A stretch of 64,000 bases of DNA from Vulcanimicrobiota bacterium (GTDB lineage: Bacteria; Vulcanimicrobiota; Vulcanimicrobiia; Vulcanimicrobiales; Vulcanimicrobiaceae). Shown piece after piece: positions 53,838 through 63,324 of this stretch. Location: the NCBI GenBank assembly GCA_963714015.1, contig OY970223.1:3136001-3200000 (forward strand). The letters are read 5' to 3'. The number at the start of each line of letters is the position of its first letter. Position 1 is the first letter of the stretch. The translations under genes and the position numbers were made by a program. The notes under the pieces were generated by a model. The model saw only the letters and a list, made by a program, of their open reading frames with translations, did not search any database and was not told where the DNA came from.

Positions 53838-54525
53838 AGCAGCGCGTAAAAGAACGCCGTTGCGATCGCACCGGTGACCGCCGCTCTCAGGGGGCGCATC
53901 CGGCCGCCGCGCACGGGCGGCGGCGGGTCCGGAAAGTATTTGACCACCAGTACTTGCTCGCCGCCGGCGCCCGCGGCGATTTCCTGGGCGTTCAGGCGGC
54001 GGCCGGCCAGCACCAGCGAGTCGCCCATGCTTAACGAGAACGTGCAGACGGCAGCCTCGACGACGGAGTCCACGCCGAGCGCTCGCGTCAAAACGGGGCG
54101 CGTGCCGTCGAACGCGTCGTGTTTGGTGAGCGAGACCACGTAGCCGTCGCGCGAAAGGTACGCGGCGGTGGAACCAACGTGGCAGAGATAGGCCCGGTCT
54201 GCGATCAGCAGGGCGGCGGTCAACGAACAGCCGGCCGTGACGTAGTCGTCGTGCGAGGCGCTGCGCGCATGGACGTACTCGTTCGTCCGGCTCAGCGCCG
54301 CGGTCATCAGCGTGCTGATGCCTTTAGGGCGGGACTGCGCCCGCCGAAGCGCCCGTCCGCGGGTGCGGCGCTCGAATTCCGCGCGCAACCGGGTAAGGAC
54401 CGCAGGCGCCACCGGCTCGCCGTCGATACGGCCGAAACCGTGCGCAACGGCAAACACGTAAGCGCCGGATTGCAATTCGAGCGACAAGCAAGAGCTTCGG
54501 TCGCCGCTGATAGCGCTACGTCCAT
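53825..54525 (-). CDS. Degenerate PP2C/PstP-like phosphatase (N-terminal frameshift near 54490)
   Basis: PP2C fold motifs (AYLCHVGSTAAYL, LTKHD, LTRALG) but the metal-binding Asp residues are replaced. Confidence 0.7.
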
Positions 54526-54971
54526 GATGCAGGCTCCGTTTTCGTTATCGTAATACGCGTATTGCCTACGTCAATATCATCCCCGACTCGGACCTCGATC
54601 CCCTCGTCCCCAACCCTTTTTCCGTTCAAGAACGTCCCGTTGCTGCTGCCGCAGTCGCTCAGATAGAGAACGCCGCCGTCCAGATCGAACCGCGCATGCC
54701 GGCGGCTCACCTCCGGGTCCAGAACGCCGATCTCGGCCTTGCTGGAACGGCCCAGGACGGCCGGCGCACCCTGCTCCAGCTGAACGGCAACGCTGCGCCT
54801 GGAGTCCCCCGGCACGGCCGCGTCCCGCACGGTGAGCGCCAAGTCGATCGCCTTGGCTTTGCGAGCCGGCACGGCTGAAGACGGTTGGAGTCTCGCAGCC
54901 GCGAAGCCGAAAATTGCGAGCGCGGCAACGATCTCCAAGGACCCTATCCGCATGAGCGCTGCAAAATTCAT
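54516..54971 (-). CDS. FHA domain protein (FhaB-like)
   Basis: LGRS, VSRRHA, SSNGTFLNG; N-terminal hydrophobic segment. Confidence 0.88.
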   Translation of the reverse strand: MNFAALMRIGSLEIVAALAIFGFAAARLQPSSAVPARKAKAIDLALTVRDAAVPGDSRRSVAVQLEQGAPAVLGRSSKAEIGVLDPEVSRRHARFDLDGGVLYLSDCGSSNGTFLNGKRVGDEGIEVRVGDDIDVGNTRITITKTEPASWT

Positions 54972-55633
54972 CGATCGGGCCGCACCACGAATTGCGCCTT
55001 TCCAAATGCGACGACGTCGCCATCCTGAAGCGTCCGCAGCTGCACGCGTTCGCCGTTGACAAAGGTGCCGTTAGTCGAACCGGCATCGCGTACGACGAGT
55101 TTTCCGCCGCGCACGTCGAGCACGGCATGGTTGCGAGAAACGCTCGGATCGACGACGAAGATGTCGTTCTCTTTACTGCGGCCGACGCGCGCCGTTCCGC
55201 GAATCGTAAATTCCGCCTGCTGCATTTTTCCCTCGAGCGCTCGCAGGATGTACGTCGCTGAAGGCTCGGGCATCTCGATCTCGATGGCGCCCGCGACGAC
55301 GTTTTGATCCGAGATCATTTCCACCGCCGGCGCTCCGGACGCCGTACCGAAACCGATCCCGACGCGAGCGGCCACGTCGCCCAGAAGCGCCGCCCATTCC
55401 TGTTCCAGATAACCGCGGTGCGGCAGCAAACGAGTGTAGTCCGCAGGATTGACGCGCACGGTGTACCGGCTCGGCGCGACGAGCGTGCTTTCATTTTGCT
55501 GCGTGCGCGACTCCATGACGGAGACGAGTTTGCGCGCAATCTGCGCCGGTTCCAGATCGCTGGGAAACATGTTCGCGAAGGCTCGTTCGATGAACGCAGC
55601 GCAAGTTTCTTCGATTCGTGAAAACCAGCTCAT
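54968..55633 (-). CDS. DUF3662 + FHA domain protein (FhaA-like)
   Basis: F.S.LEPAQIARKL..ME N-domain; GRS, VSRNHA, STNGTFVNG. Confidence 0.88.
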   Translation of the reverse strand: MSWFSRIEETCAAFIERAFANMFPSDLEPAQIARKLVSVMESRTQQNESTLVAPSRYTVRVNPADYTRLLPHRGYLEQEWAALLGDVAARVGIGFGTASGAPAVEMISDQNVVAGAIEIEMPEPSATYILRALEGKMQQAEFTIRGTARVGRSKENDIFVVDPSVSRNHAVLDVRGGKLVVRDAGSTNGTFVNGERVQLRTLQDGDVVAFGKAQFVVRPDR

Positions 55634-55643
55634 AGCGCGTGAT

Positions 55644-56972
55644 TTAGAGTCGTCGTTCCAGCCGCGCGATGAAGAAACCGTCGCGGCCGGCCAGTCCCGG
55701 CGGAATCAACAAATCGCCGGCCGCAGTCTCGAAGTCCGAAAAACGCGCCGGCAATAGCCCGCGCTGCACGTTATGCGTACGTACGAACCACTCGACGACC
55801 TCGGTCGTTTCGCGCGGATCCACGGTGCACACCGCGTAGACGATCGCGCCTCCTTCAAAGACGTGCGGGGCAAGCGCCTCGAGCAGCGCACGCTGCGTGA
55901 GAGCCAACCGTTCGCCGTCGCCCGGTTCCTTCCGCCAGCGGGCCTCCGGATGGCGTCCTACCACTCCGGTTCCGGAGCATGGCGCGTCTATCAGGATACG
56001 ATCGAAACGGCCCTGAAGAATCGGTGCGGCAGCATCGCCGGTTACTACGGCGAGCTGTAAGCCGTATTCGGCGGCGCGCGCTTCGAGAGTACGCGCTTTG
56101 CGGGCGTCCTTTTCGATGCATATCAAGCTTCCGCCGTCTTCCAGCCGCGCCGCGCTTTGCAGCGCCTTGCTGCCGCGGCCGCTGCAGGCGTCAAGGATCG
56201 ACTCACCCGGCTGCGGATTGAGCACGTCGACCACGATTGCCGAAGACTCGCTCTGCGTCCACCACGCTCCGGCTGCTCCGCCCTCTTCCGAACGCGCGAT
56301 CGCGGCATCGGAGATCAGCACGGCATCGCCGGCGAGTTCGGAGAGTTTCGCCTGCGCGCCGCGCTCTACGAACCATCCCGCAATCCGTTCGCGCGTCGTC
56401 TTTGCGCGGTTAACGACGACGCAGGGCTGCGCAGGAGCGTTACACGCCTCGAGAATCACTTCGACCTTATCGCTGCCGAATAGATTTCGCCACTGACGCA
56501 CCAGCCACGTCGGGTACGAATATGCAGTGCCTAGGTAGTCGTCGTCGTCGACGAAAGCGGCCCGATCCGGCGGCGCCGGCCGATCGCGCAGAAAGCCGCG
56601 CAATACGGCGTTCACCAACCCGGCTGTGCCGCGATGACCGTAACGCTTCGCGAGCCCCACCCATTGGCTGACGGTCGCGTGCTCCTGCGCGGCAGTAAAG
56701 ACGATCTCGTAGATCGCCAACCGCAGAATCTCCGCAATCGAATCCGGCAGCGGCTTACTGCGCTCGGCCAAGTATGGACGCAGATACCAGTCCGCGGTCC
56801 GGCGCATCTTGATCGCGCCGAAGGCGAGCAGCGTCGCGAACGCTCTATCGCGCGGCTCGAGCTGCGCTTTTCGCAGCTGATAGTCCAGCGCTTCCTGTGC
56901 AGTGCGCTGAGTGGCCGGCGGCGGTGCGAAGACGTCGCGCGCGACGTGCAATGCGACTTCGCGGGCGGTCAC
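55644..56972 (-). CDS. rsmB: 16S rRNA m5C967 methyltransferase (NusB + MTase domains)
   Basis: VNAVLR, YSYPTW, DACSGRGSK, DAPCSGTG, VYAVCT, DGFFIA. Confidence 0.92.
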   Translation of the reverse strand: MTAREVALHVARDVFAPPPATQRTAQEALDYQLRKAQLEPRDRAFATLLAFGAIKMRRTADWYLRPYLAERSKPLPDSIAEILRLAIYEIVFTAAQEHATVSQWVGLAKRYGHRGTAGLVNAVLRGFLRDRPAPPDRAAFVDDDDYLGTAYSYPTWLVRQWRNLFGSDKVEVILEACNAPAQPCVVVNRAKTTRERIAGWFVERGAQAKLSELAGDAVLISDAAIARSEEGGAAGAWWTQSESSAIVVDVLNPQPGESILDACSGRGSKALQSAARLEDGGSLICIEKDARKARTLEARAAEYGLQLAVVTGDAAAPILQGRFDRILIDAPCSGTGVVGRHPEARWRKEPGDGERLALTQRALLEALAPHVFEGGAIVYAVCTVDPRETTEVVEWFVRTHNVQRGLLPARFSDFETAAGDLLIPPGLAGRDGFFIARLERRL

Positions 56973-57883
56973 GTCGACTGCTTCTCCCCCGCGATGCGGG
57001 CGTATGCGGACCCCGGCATTACGCCACGATTCGGAGAAATCAATTCCAGTACGTCGACGGCACCGTCGCCGCACCGTATCCTCAACGCTCCGCCGTGAAC
57101 GCCCGCAATATCTCCGGGACGCAGGCCGCTGCGATCGGCAAGTGCGACCTGCGCGCGCCGCACCTTAACCGGTACGCCGTCTATCGTTGCACGCGCCGCC
57201 GGAGCCGGGGCGAATGCCCGCACGGCGTTTACGATGCGCTCCGCGCTCCAGTTCCAGTCGACGGCAAGATCCTCTTTGCGCAGCGGACGCGTAATGCTGG
57301 GCTTTCCGGACTGAGGAACGCGCGGAATGTGTCCGCTTTTCGCCAAATCTATGGCGTGTAAGAGCACCTGGCCGCCGAAACGAGCCAAACGATCGTGAAG
57401 CTCGCCGTAGTTTTCACCGGAAGCAATCGGCGTGCGCTCTTGCAGAACCACGTCGCCGGTATCCATTCCCGCGTCCATGAGCATGATCGTTACACCCGTC
57501 TCGCGCTCGCCCTCGAGCAGCACCGTTTGAATTGGCGTTGCGCCACGGTACTTCGGCAGCAGACTTGGATGAACGTTGAGTGCACCGAGTCTAGGAATGT
57601 CGAGAAGCGCCTGCGGCAATATTTTGCCGTACGAGGCCAGCACGAAAAGATCGTACGGCTCGCTTTGCAGCTCCGCTGCAAATGCGCGAAGTGACGACGG
57701 TTCCCGCACGGGTAGACCAAGTTCCATGGCTGCCGCTTTCACGGGTGTCGGGCGAAGTTTGTGACCGCGGCCGGCCGGTCGATCGGGCTGGGTGACCACT
57801 TGCACGAGCTGCGCGCGTTCGGCTGTTACCTGCAGGCTTGGAACGGCGAATTCGCTGCTGCCGAAGAACACCGTTTTCAGCAT
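56969..57883 (-). CDS. fmt: Methionyl-tRNA formyltransferase
   Basis: TQPDRPAGRG, NVHPSLLPKYRGATP, MDAGMDTG. Confidence 0.96.
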   Translation of the reverse strand: MLKTVFFGSSEFAVPSLQVTAERAQLVQVVTQPDRPAGRGHKLRPTPVKAAAMELGLPVREPSSLRAFAAELQSEPYDLFVLASYGKILPQALLDIPRLGALNVHPSLLPKYRGATPIQTVLLEGERETGVTIMLMDAGMDTGDVVLQERTPIASGENYGELHDRLARFGGQVLLHAIDLAKSGHIPRVPQSGKPSITRPLRKEDLAVDWNWSAERIVNAVRAFAPAPAARATIDGVPVKVRRAQVALADRSGLRPGDIAGVHGGALRIRCGDGAVDVLELISPNRGVMPGSAYARIAGEKQST

Positions 57884-57898
57884 CGCGCGCCGTTGTCG

Positions 57899-58426
57899 TT
57901 ACGCCTCGGCGTGTTCGGCAATCTCCTGCTCTTCTTTCGTCTGCGGCTTGCGGACGTTCTTGGCTTTGTCGACGTACAAGACGCCGTCCAGGTGATCGAT
58001 TTCGTGCTGCAGTGCCTGCGCGAAAAGACCTTTGCCTTCCAGCCGCACCTTTTCCCCGTTACGATCCAATCCGCTTACGGCGACGTGATTGTAGCGAACG
58101 ATCTCGCCCACGAATCCCGGGACCGAAAGACAGCCTTCCGTCATCTCGACTTCTTCCTCGCGAAGTTCGAACTTCGGATTGATTACGACATAGCGCCCGC
58201 CTTCCGGGTGCTCCTCGTCTTCGCCGACGTCCATGACGAAGAACCGCTTCGAAACATTGACCTGCGGCGCCGCAAGACCCACTCCGGGCGCCGCGTACAT
58301 CGTCTCGAACATGTCGTCGATCAGCTGCTGAAAAAGCGGATCCGCGATTTCCTTAGGATTGACCCGTTTGGCGAGCTTGCGCAGCGTCGGATGGCCGTCG
58401 GTAACGATCTTCCGGATATAGGGCAT
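57899..58426 (-). CDS. def: Peptide deformylase
   Basis: GVGLAAPQ, EGCLSVP, QHEIDHLDG. Confidence 0.97.
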   Translation of the reverse strand: MPYIRKIVTDGHPTLRKLAKRVNPKEIADPLFQQLIDDMFETMYAAPGVGLAAPQVNVSKRFFVMDVGEDEEHPEGGRYVVINPKFELREEEVEMTEGCLSVPGFVGEIVRYNHVAVSGLDRNGEKVRLEGKGLFAQALQHEIDHLDGVLYVDKAKNVRKPQTKEEQEIAEHAEA

Positions 58427-58528
58427 GTCGGCGGGAAGGTTATCCGCGCCGCCGCCCTTGTCTTGCCGAATCGTAATGGGCGCTCACTAGGCCTAGTCGG
58501 GCCTTCGTCGAAGTACGATCATTCGTGA

Positions 58529-58897
58529 ATGCCCCGCGTGGCATTGGACATGACCGCCGACGAGCGCTTAGCGCAGCCGTGGGCGATGACCTTGCACCTT
58601 TGAGCACTGACCGGTGTCGACTATAGTCAACAGCGATTACAGCGATCTGTTGTCCGCATTCAACGACGCCGACGTTGAATACTTAGTCGTCGGGGCGCAC
58701 GCCCTGTCGCTCTACGGATATTTCCGCTATACGGACCATTTTTACGTGTGGGTTCGGCCGGAGGCTGATAACTCCAAGCGCGTTTTCAAAGCGCTCGCAA
58801 ATTTGGCGATCTAATCCGCAATAAGAAAGCTGTCGGCCGTCGAAAAGATTGGGACGATGTGGCTGCTTTGGAAAAACTATGCGAGATCGGAGACTGA
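58529..58897 (+). pseudogene. Decayed small-protein + nucleotidyltransferase (DUF6036-like) pair
   Basis: N-terminal YLVVGAHAL..YG..RYTD, then out-of-frame C-terminal LIRNKKAVGRRKDWDD; the middle is missing. Confidence 0.65.
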
Positions 58898-59857
58898 AAG
58901 GGCGCTAAGAAGCTCTGCTTCACGCTGCGGCGTCAGTCCGGCCACGAGATTGCCCCGGCGCTTGCCGCCGCTAGTCGCCCATTCCAGCGTGTCCTGCACG
59001 GTTTGACGGAGCGGGCGGATCTTCAAGCCACGCGCGAGTGCCGCGGCAGTATCGGCGTTGACGACGCTGCGCGCCCCTCCGTGCTGCGCGACCCACAGCG
59101 GCAAGTCCGTCCACTGCTGAACGCCGTTCTTGGTTATGAATTCTTCGCCGGCCCATACGAACGCAGCGCCGGAGGTCGTGACCTGAGCACAGGTTTGTAA
59201 AACGTCACCCATCGTGAACATTCCGCGTGGACTGGTTGCGTTATACGTTCCCGAGCCGGTGCGTTCCAGCAAATCCACGATAAACCGCGCAAGATCGCGC
59301 GCGTCGATGAATTGTGTGGGCTCGGATGGAGCAACGGGAGCCAGGACTTCGCCGCCCGCAGCGACGCGAACCGGCCAGTACGTGAAACGATCGGTGGGAT
59401 CGTACGGACCGACAATCAATCCCGGGCGGACGACGGTTGCGCGATGCCGGAACGTGCTGCGTACGATCGCCTCGCACCGAGCCTTTGCGGGTCCGTACTC
59501 GTCGCGCGGCTCGGTCGGAATCGGCGTGTCTTCGGTGATGACGTCGCCGGCAGTCAGATCGTAAACCGAAATCGTCGAGACGAACAGATAACGCGCCGTG
59601 CGCTCTGCGAAATATCGTGCGGAAATTTCAGCGGTCGGCGGTTTGAAGCAGCTCGTGTCGACCACGGCATCCCAGCGCCGATCCCCGAGCCTTCCCAGAT
59701 CGGTCTCACGATTGCCATGGATTTGCTCCGCGGCCACTTGGAAATTCGGTTCGCTGATTCCGCGATTGAACAAGGTTACCGAATGCCCGCGTTCCAGCAG
59801 CGCATCGACGACATGCCGCCCGAGAAAGACCGTCCCTCCAAGAACGAGGACGTTCAC
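58877..59857 (-). CDS. NAD-dependent epimerase/dehydratase (atypical SDR, isoflavone reductase-like)
   Basis: LGGTVFLG, FNRG, YGPAK, RPGLIVGP. Confidence 0.88.
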   Translation of the reverse strand: MNVLVLGGTVFLGRHVVDALLERGHSVTLFNRGISEPNFQVAAEQIHGNRETDLGRLGDRRWDAVVDTSCFKPPTAEISARYFAERTARYLFVSTISVYDLTAGDVITEDTPIPTEPRDEYGPAKARCEAIVRSTFRHRATVVRPGLIVGPYDPTDRFTYWPVRVAAGGEVLAPVAPSEPTQFIDARDLARFIVDLLERTGSGTYNATSPRGMFTMGDVLQTCAQVTTSGAAFVWAGEEFITKNGVQQWTDLPLWVAQHGGARSVVNADTAAALARGLKIRPLRQTVQDTLEWATSGGKRRGNLVAGLTPQREAELLSALSVSDLA

Positions 59858-59936
59858 TTTTTCCGCTTCACACTGAGGATCTCATGATGACCGGAATACG
59901 GTCCCTGCCGGAGACATATCCAATCATAGGAGCTCC

Positions 59937-61349
59937 TTAAAGAATATAACTGCTCAGATCGGCGTTGGTGACGACGTCCTGGAGTTTTTCCTTCACATAG
60001 TTCGCGTCGACGACGACTGTTCCGCCTTGCTCGGGCGCGGCATAACTGACGTCGTCGAGGAGCTTTTCCAGCACGGTATGGAGCCGGCGGGCGCCGATGT
60101 TTTCGCTCTGTTCGTTCACCTGCATTGCGAATTGCGCAAGCTGCTCGATGCCGTCCGGCTGAAAGTCCAGCGTTACGTTCTCCGTGGCCAGCAATGCCTT
60201 GTACTGCTCGGTGAGCGCGTTCTTCGGCTGAGTGAGGATCGTTTTGAAATCGTCGGCGGTTAACGAGTCCAGCTCGACTCGGATGGGGAACCGCCCTTGC
60301 AGCTCCGGAATGAGATCCGACGGCTTACTCATATGGAAGGCGCCCGCGGCGATGAACAAGATGTGGTCCGTCTTGACCGTGCCATATTTCGTATTGACGG
60401 TGCTTCCCTCGACGATAGGGAGAATGTCCCGCTGCACGCCTTCACGAGAAACATCGGGGCCGCGTGAACCCTCACGTCCGGCCACCTTGTCGATTTCGTC
60501 GATGAAAATGATGCCGTTTTCACCCGCGCTTCGGAGCGCCTCGCGTTTGACCGCATCCATGTCGATGAGCTTGGCGGCCTCTTCTTGTTCGAAGATGCGA
60601 CGCGCTTCTTGGACCGTTACGCGTTTCTTGGTGCGCTTCTTCGGCAGAAGGCCGCCGAGCATCTCGCCGATGTCGCCGCCTCCTCCTTGATCGAAACCAC
60701 CTCCGATCACCCCGATCGGTATGCTGGGTGCTTCTTCCGTTTCAACTTCGACCAAACGCACGTCGTAGAAACCGCGTTCGACGTCGGAACGGGCTTGCTC
60801 GCGCACGCGCTGCGCATCGCTGCTGGGCGGCGGAGAGGGCGGCGGAGTTTGCTGCTGCGCGTATTGCCCGCCGAAGATCGAGCCGAGCGTTGCAGCGAGC
60901 GGATTTGGTTGACCCGGCGGCTGCGGCGCTCGCGTTTCCGGATGCAGCAAATCGATGACGCGGTCGACCGCGAGTTTTTCCGCGAGCTCTTTGACTTCCG
61001 CGCGCCGCTCGTCGGTCACCATCCGCACCGCCTGCTCGACCAAATCGCGGACCATCGACTCGACATCGCGGCCGACGTAACCGACCTCCGTGTACTTGGT
61101 CGCCTCGACTTTGATGAACGGTGCTCCGGCGAGTGCCGCGAGCCGCCGCGCAATCTCGGTCTTTCCCACGCCGGTCGGCCCGATCATCAAAATGTTTTTC
61201 GGAATGATCTCCGAGCGCAGGTCATCGCGCACGCGTTCCCGGCGATAGCGATTACGCATGGCGATCGCAACGGCGCGTTTGGCATTGGCTTGGCCGACGA
61301 TGTACTTGTCGAGCTCGGCGACGATAGCCCGCGGCGTCAGCTCCGTCAT
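59937..61349 (-). CDS. hslU: ATP-dependent protease ATPase subunit HslU
   Basis: [33 protein letters not shown]. Confidence 0.97.
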   Translation of the reverse strand: MTELTPRAIVAELDKYIVGQANAKRAVAIAMRNRYRRERVRDDLRSEIIPKNILMIGPTGVGKTEIARRLAALAGAPFIKVEATKYTEVGYVGRDVESMVRDLVEQAVRMVTDERRAEVKELAEKLAVDRVIDLLHPETRAPQPPGQPNPLAATLGSIFGGQYAQQQTPPPSPPPSSDAQRVREQARSDVERGFYDVRLVEVETEEAPSIPIGVIGGGFDQGGGGDIGEMLGGLLPKKRTKKRVTVQEARRIFEQEEAAKLIDMDAVKREALRSAGENGIIFIDEIDKVAGREGSRGPDVSREGVQRDILPIVEGSTVNTKYGTVKTDHILFIAAGAFHMSKPSDLIPELQGRFPIRVELDSLTADDFKTILTQPKNALTEQYKALLATENVTLDFQPDGIEQLAQFAMQVNEQSENIGARRLHTVLEKLLDDVSYAAPEQGGTVVVDANYVKEKLQDVVTNADLSSYIL

Positions 61350-61870
61350 AACGCTTCCACGACGATTTCATCGTTCGTATAGATGCAGATCTCTCCGGCG
61401 ATCTCCAGGCCTTTGCGCGCGATCTCTTCCGCGCTCATGCTCGTGTTGCGCAGCAGCGCCGCTGCTGCTGCTTGCGCGTAAGGGCCGCCGCTGCCGATTG
61501 CTGCGATACCTTCGTCCGGCTCGATCACGTCGCCGTTTCCGCTCAGCACGAGCAAGTGCTCGGAATTGCCGACGATAAGCAGCGCTTCAAGGCGCCGCAG
61601 CGCGCGGTCTTGCCGCCAATCCTTCGCCAGCTCCACCGCAGCGCGCGTGATGTCTTTGTATTCGTTGAATTTGCCTTCGAACTTCTCGAGCAGCGAGATG
61701 CCGTCGGCGGCCGATCCGGCAAATCCGGCGATCACCTTGCCACCCGCTATCCGGCGCACCTTGCGTGCCCCGTGCTTCATGATCGTCTTGTCGAACGTCA
61801 CTTGGCCGTCGCCGGCAACCGCAAGCTTTCCGTCCCGCCGAACCGCCAAAATCGTCGTCGATCGAATCAT
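61346..61870 (-). CDS. hslV: ATP-dependent protease peptidase subunit HslV
   Basis: TTIL, AGDGQVT, GFAGS, GSGG, CIYTN. Confidence 0.97.
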   Translation of the reverse strand: MIRSTTILAVRRDGKLAVAGDGQVTFDKTIMKHGARKVRRIAGGKVIAGFAGSAADGISLLEKFEGKFNEYKDITRAAVELAKDWRQDRALRRLEALLIVGNSEHLLVLSGNGDVIEPDEGIAAIGSGGPYAQAAAAALLRNTSMSAEEIARKGLEIAGEICIYTNDEIVVEAL

Positions 61871-61910
61871 CATCACAGCCTGTGTACCCAGCGAAAATCC
61901 CCCAGGTTGC

Positions 61911-61947
61911 AAAAGAAAACGGGGACGGTTTTCCGCCCCCGTTTCTT
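61911..61947 (-). terminator. Rho-independent terminator after the lipoprotein gene
   Basis: Minus strand AAACGGGGGCGG-AAAA-CCGTCCCCGTTTTCTTTT. Confidence 0.8.
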
Positions 61948-61967
61948 ATTTGCTCTTACGTCGAGCG

Positions 61968-63308
61968 TTAGGTTGAGGTTGCCAGCCCGCTAGGAGCCGA
62001 TATCGTGATATCATCCTGGTCGTTCGCACCCATGATTGCCGGCGTCTGCTGAGTATTCATCGGGTAGGACGCCTCGTACAGAGGATAGTCCGTGGCAATC
62101 CACACGACTTGGTAGGTGTCGCCGGTTGAACTCGCACCGAGCGCCTTCGAGTTCTGGGCTGCCGTGCAAATCGTTGGACTTGGTGTAAGCGCTGTCGGAC
62201 CAGCGATGGTGAGGTTTGGACCGTTCGTATCAGTCAACGTGACGGTCTGAGGTGCACCCCCATGGAATGCCACCGTGTAGTAATCCGGAAAACCGGATGC
62301 CGGCCCCAAGGTGCCCTGGCAGTTCGGCGTAGCAGCGCCGGGCGCGCCGCCCGGACCGTAGTCGATTACCAGAACATAGCCTTCGGTAACGCCGGCGGGT
62401 GGAGCGATGGCAAACGATCCGCCCCCCGAACCATCCGGAACGAACGTGGGAGCGGTAATCGTTCCCAGCGGCGCGGACCCGGCCTTGATGCTTTGGCTCG
62501 CCGTGTACGTTGCAAAGCCGGACTGACCGGATTGGTTCTGACCCGTCGGGACGGAGACGCCCATAGTGTACGTACCGGCCGGCGGAGTGCTCTTGAGCGC
62601 AACTGCGGTTATTCCCATGTTCCAACCGAGTTCATGCGCGCCGAGGTTGTGCAGACCGTCACGTGTCCCCATGCCGTCCTTGTCTTTAGGATCGTCGAAG
62701 GCCGGCGGACCGCCCCAATCGGTGAACGCATCGGCTGCCGGTCCGAAGATAGGCTGGGTGTAAGGCACGATCGTGTAAGGCGTGGAGCTTGTCGTGTAAT
62801 TGGCCGGTTGAATCCCCATACCGAACACGCCGCCGCTCTGTCCAAACGTCGTCGTATTTGGAGTAGACCCCGGGCACTGTGCTGCTGTATCGCAAATGGG
62901 AGCACCCAGATGAACGGTCTGAGGAGTGCCGCTTAGCACGCCTGTTCCGTAATCTTGCATGCTTGGACCGCCGTCCTGGATCGTCGCATACGGATCGATT
63001 CCGTCGCCACCATCGGGTACCGCCGGCGGAAGCACAGAGGCGAATGAAACCGGCGGACCGCTGGGACCACCGATGGTCGGCGTGTCTACGAGGACCGCGC
63101 TAAGTCCGTTGGCTTGACGGAATGTCGAGACGATGTTGAGACCGTGCGCGTTTCCGGCGAACGTCGCGTATCCGACTGCGAATTGCAGTTTACCGATCGT
63201 CGCTGGATTGACTTGCGTCACCACCGGTGGTGCCGACTGCCCTTGGCTGCAGGCGGCGAGCAGAGAGCTCGCCGCCGACAGCGCAAGGAGCGATTTGAGT
63301 TTATTCAA
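61968..63308 (-). CDS. Lipoprotein co-transcribed with a TonB-dependent receptor
   Basis: Lipobox LAAC, AGGAG RBS, G/P/T-rich with Cys pairs. Confidence 0.75.
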   Translation of the reverse strand: MNKLKSLLALSAASSLLAACSQGQSAPPVVTQVNPATIGKLQFAVGYATFAGNAHGLNIVSTFRQANGLSAVLVDTPTIGGPSGPPVSFASVLPPAVPDGGDGIDPYATIQDGGPSMQDYGTGVLSGTPQTVHLGAPICDTAAQCPGSTPNTTTFGQSGGVFGMGIQPANYTTSSTPYTIVPYTQPIFGPAADAFTDWGGPPAFDDPKDKDGMGTRDGLHNLGAHELGWNMGITAVALKSTPPAGTYTMGVSVPTGQNQSGQSGFATYTASQSIKAGSAPLGTITAPTFVPDGSGGGSFAIAPPAGVTEGYVLVIDYGPGGAPGAATPNCQGTLGPASGFPDYYTVAFHGGAPQTVTLTDTNGPNLTIAGPTALTPSPTICTAAQNSKALGASSTGDTYQVVWIATDYPLYEASYPMNTQQTPAIMGANDQDDITISAPSGLATST

Positions 63309-63324
63309 TTGCTCCTCCTAAGAC

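Noticed and set aside
58601..58603. In-frame TGA in the small ORF before the NTase relic as a second Sec codon
   Set aside because: No Cys-type motif context; more likely TGG->TGA decay in a pseudogene.
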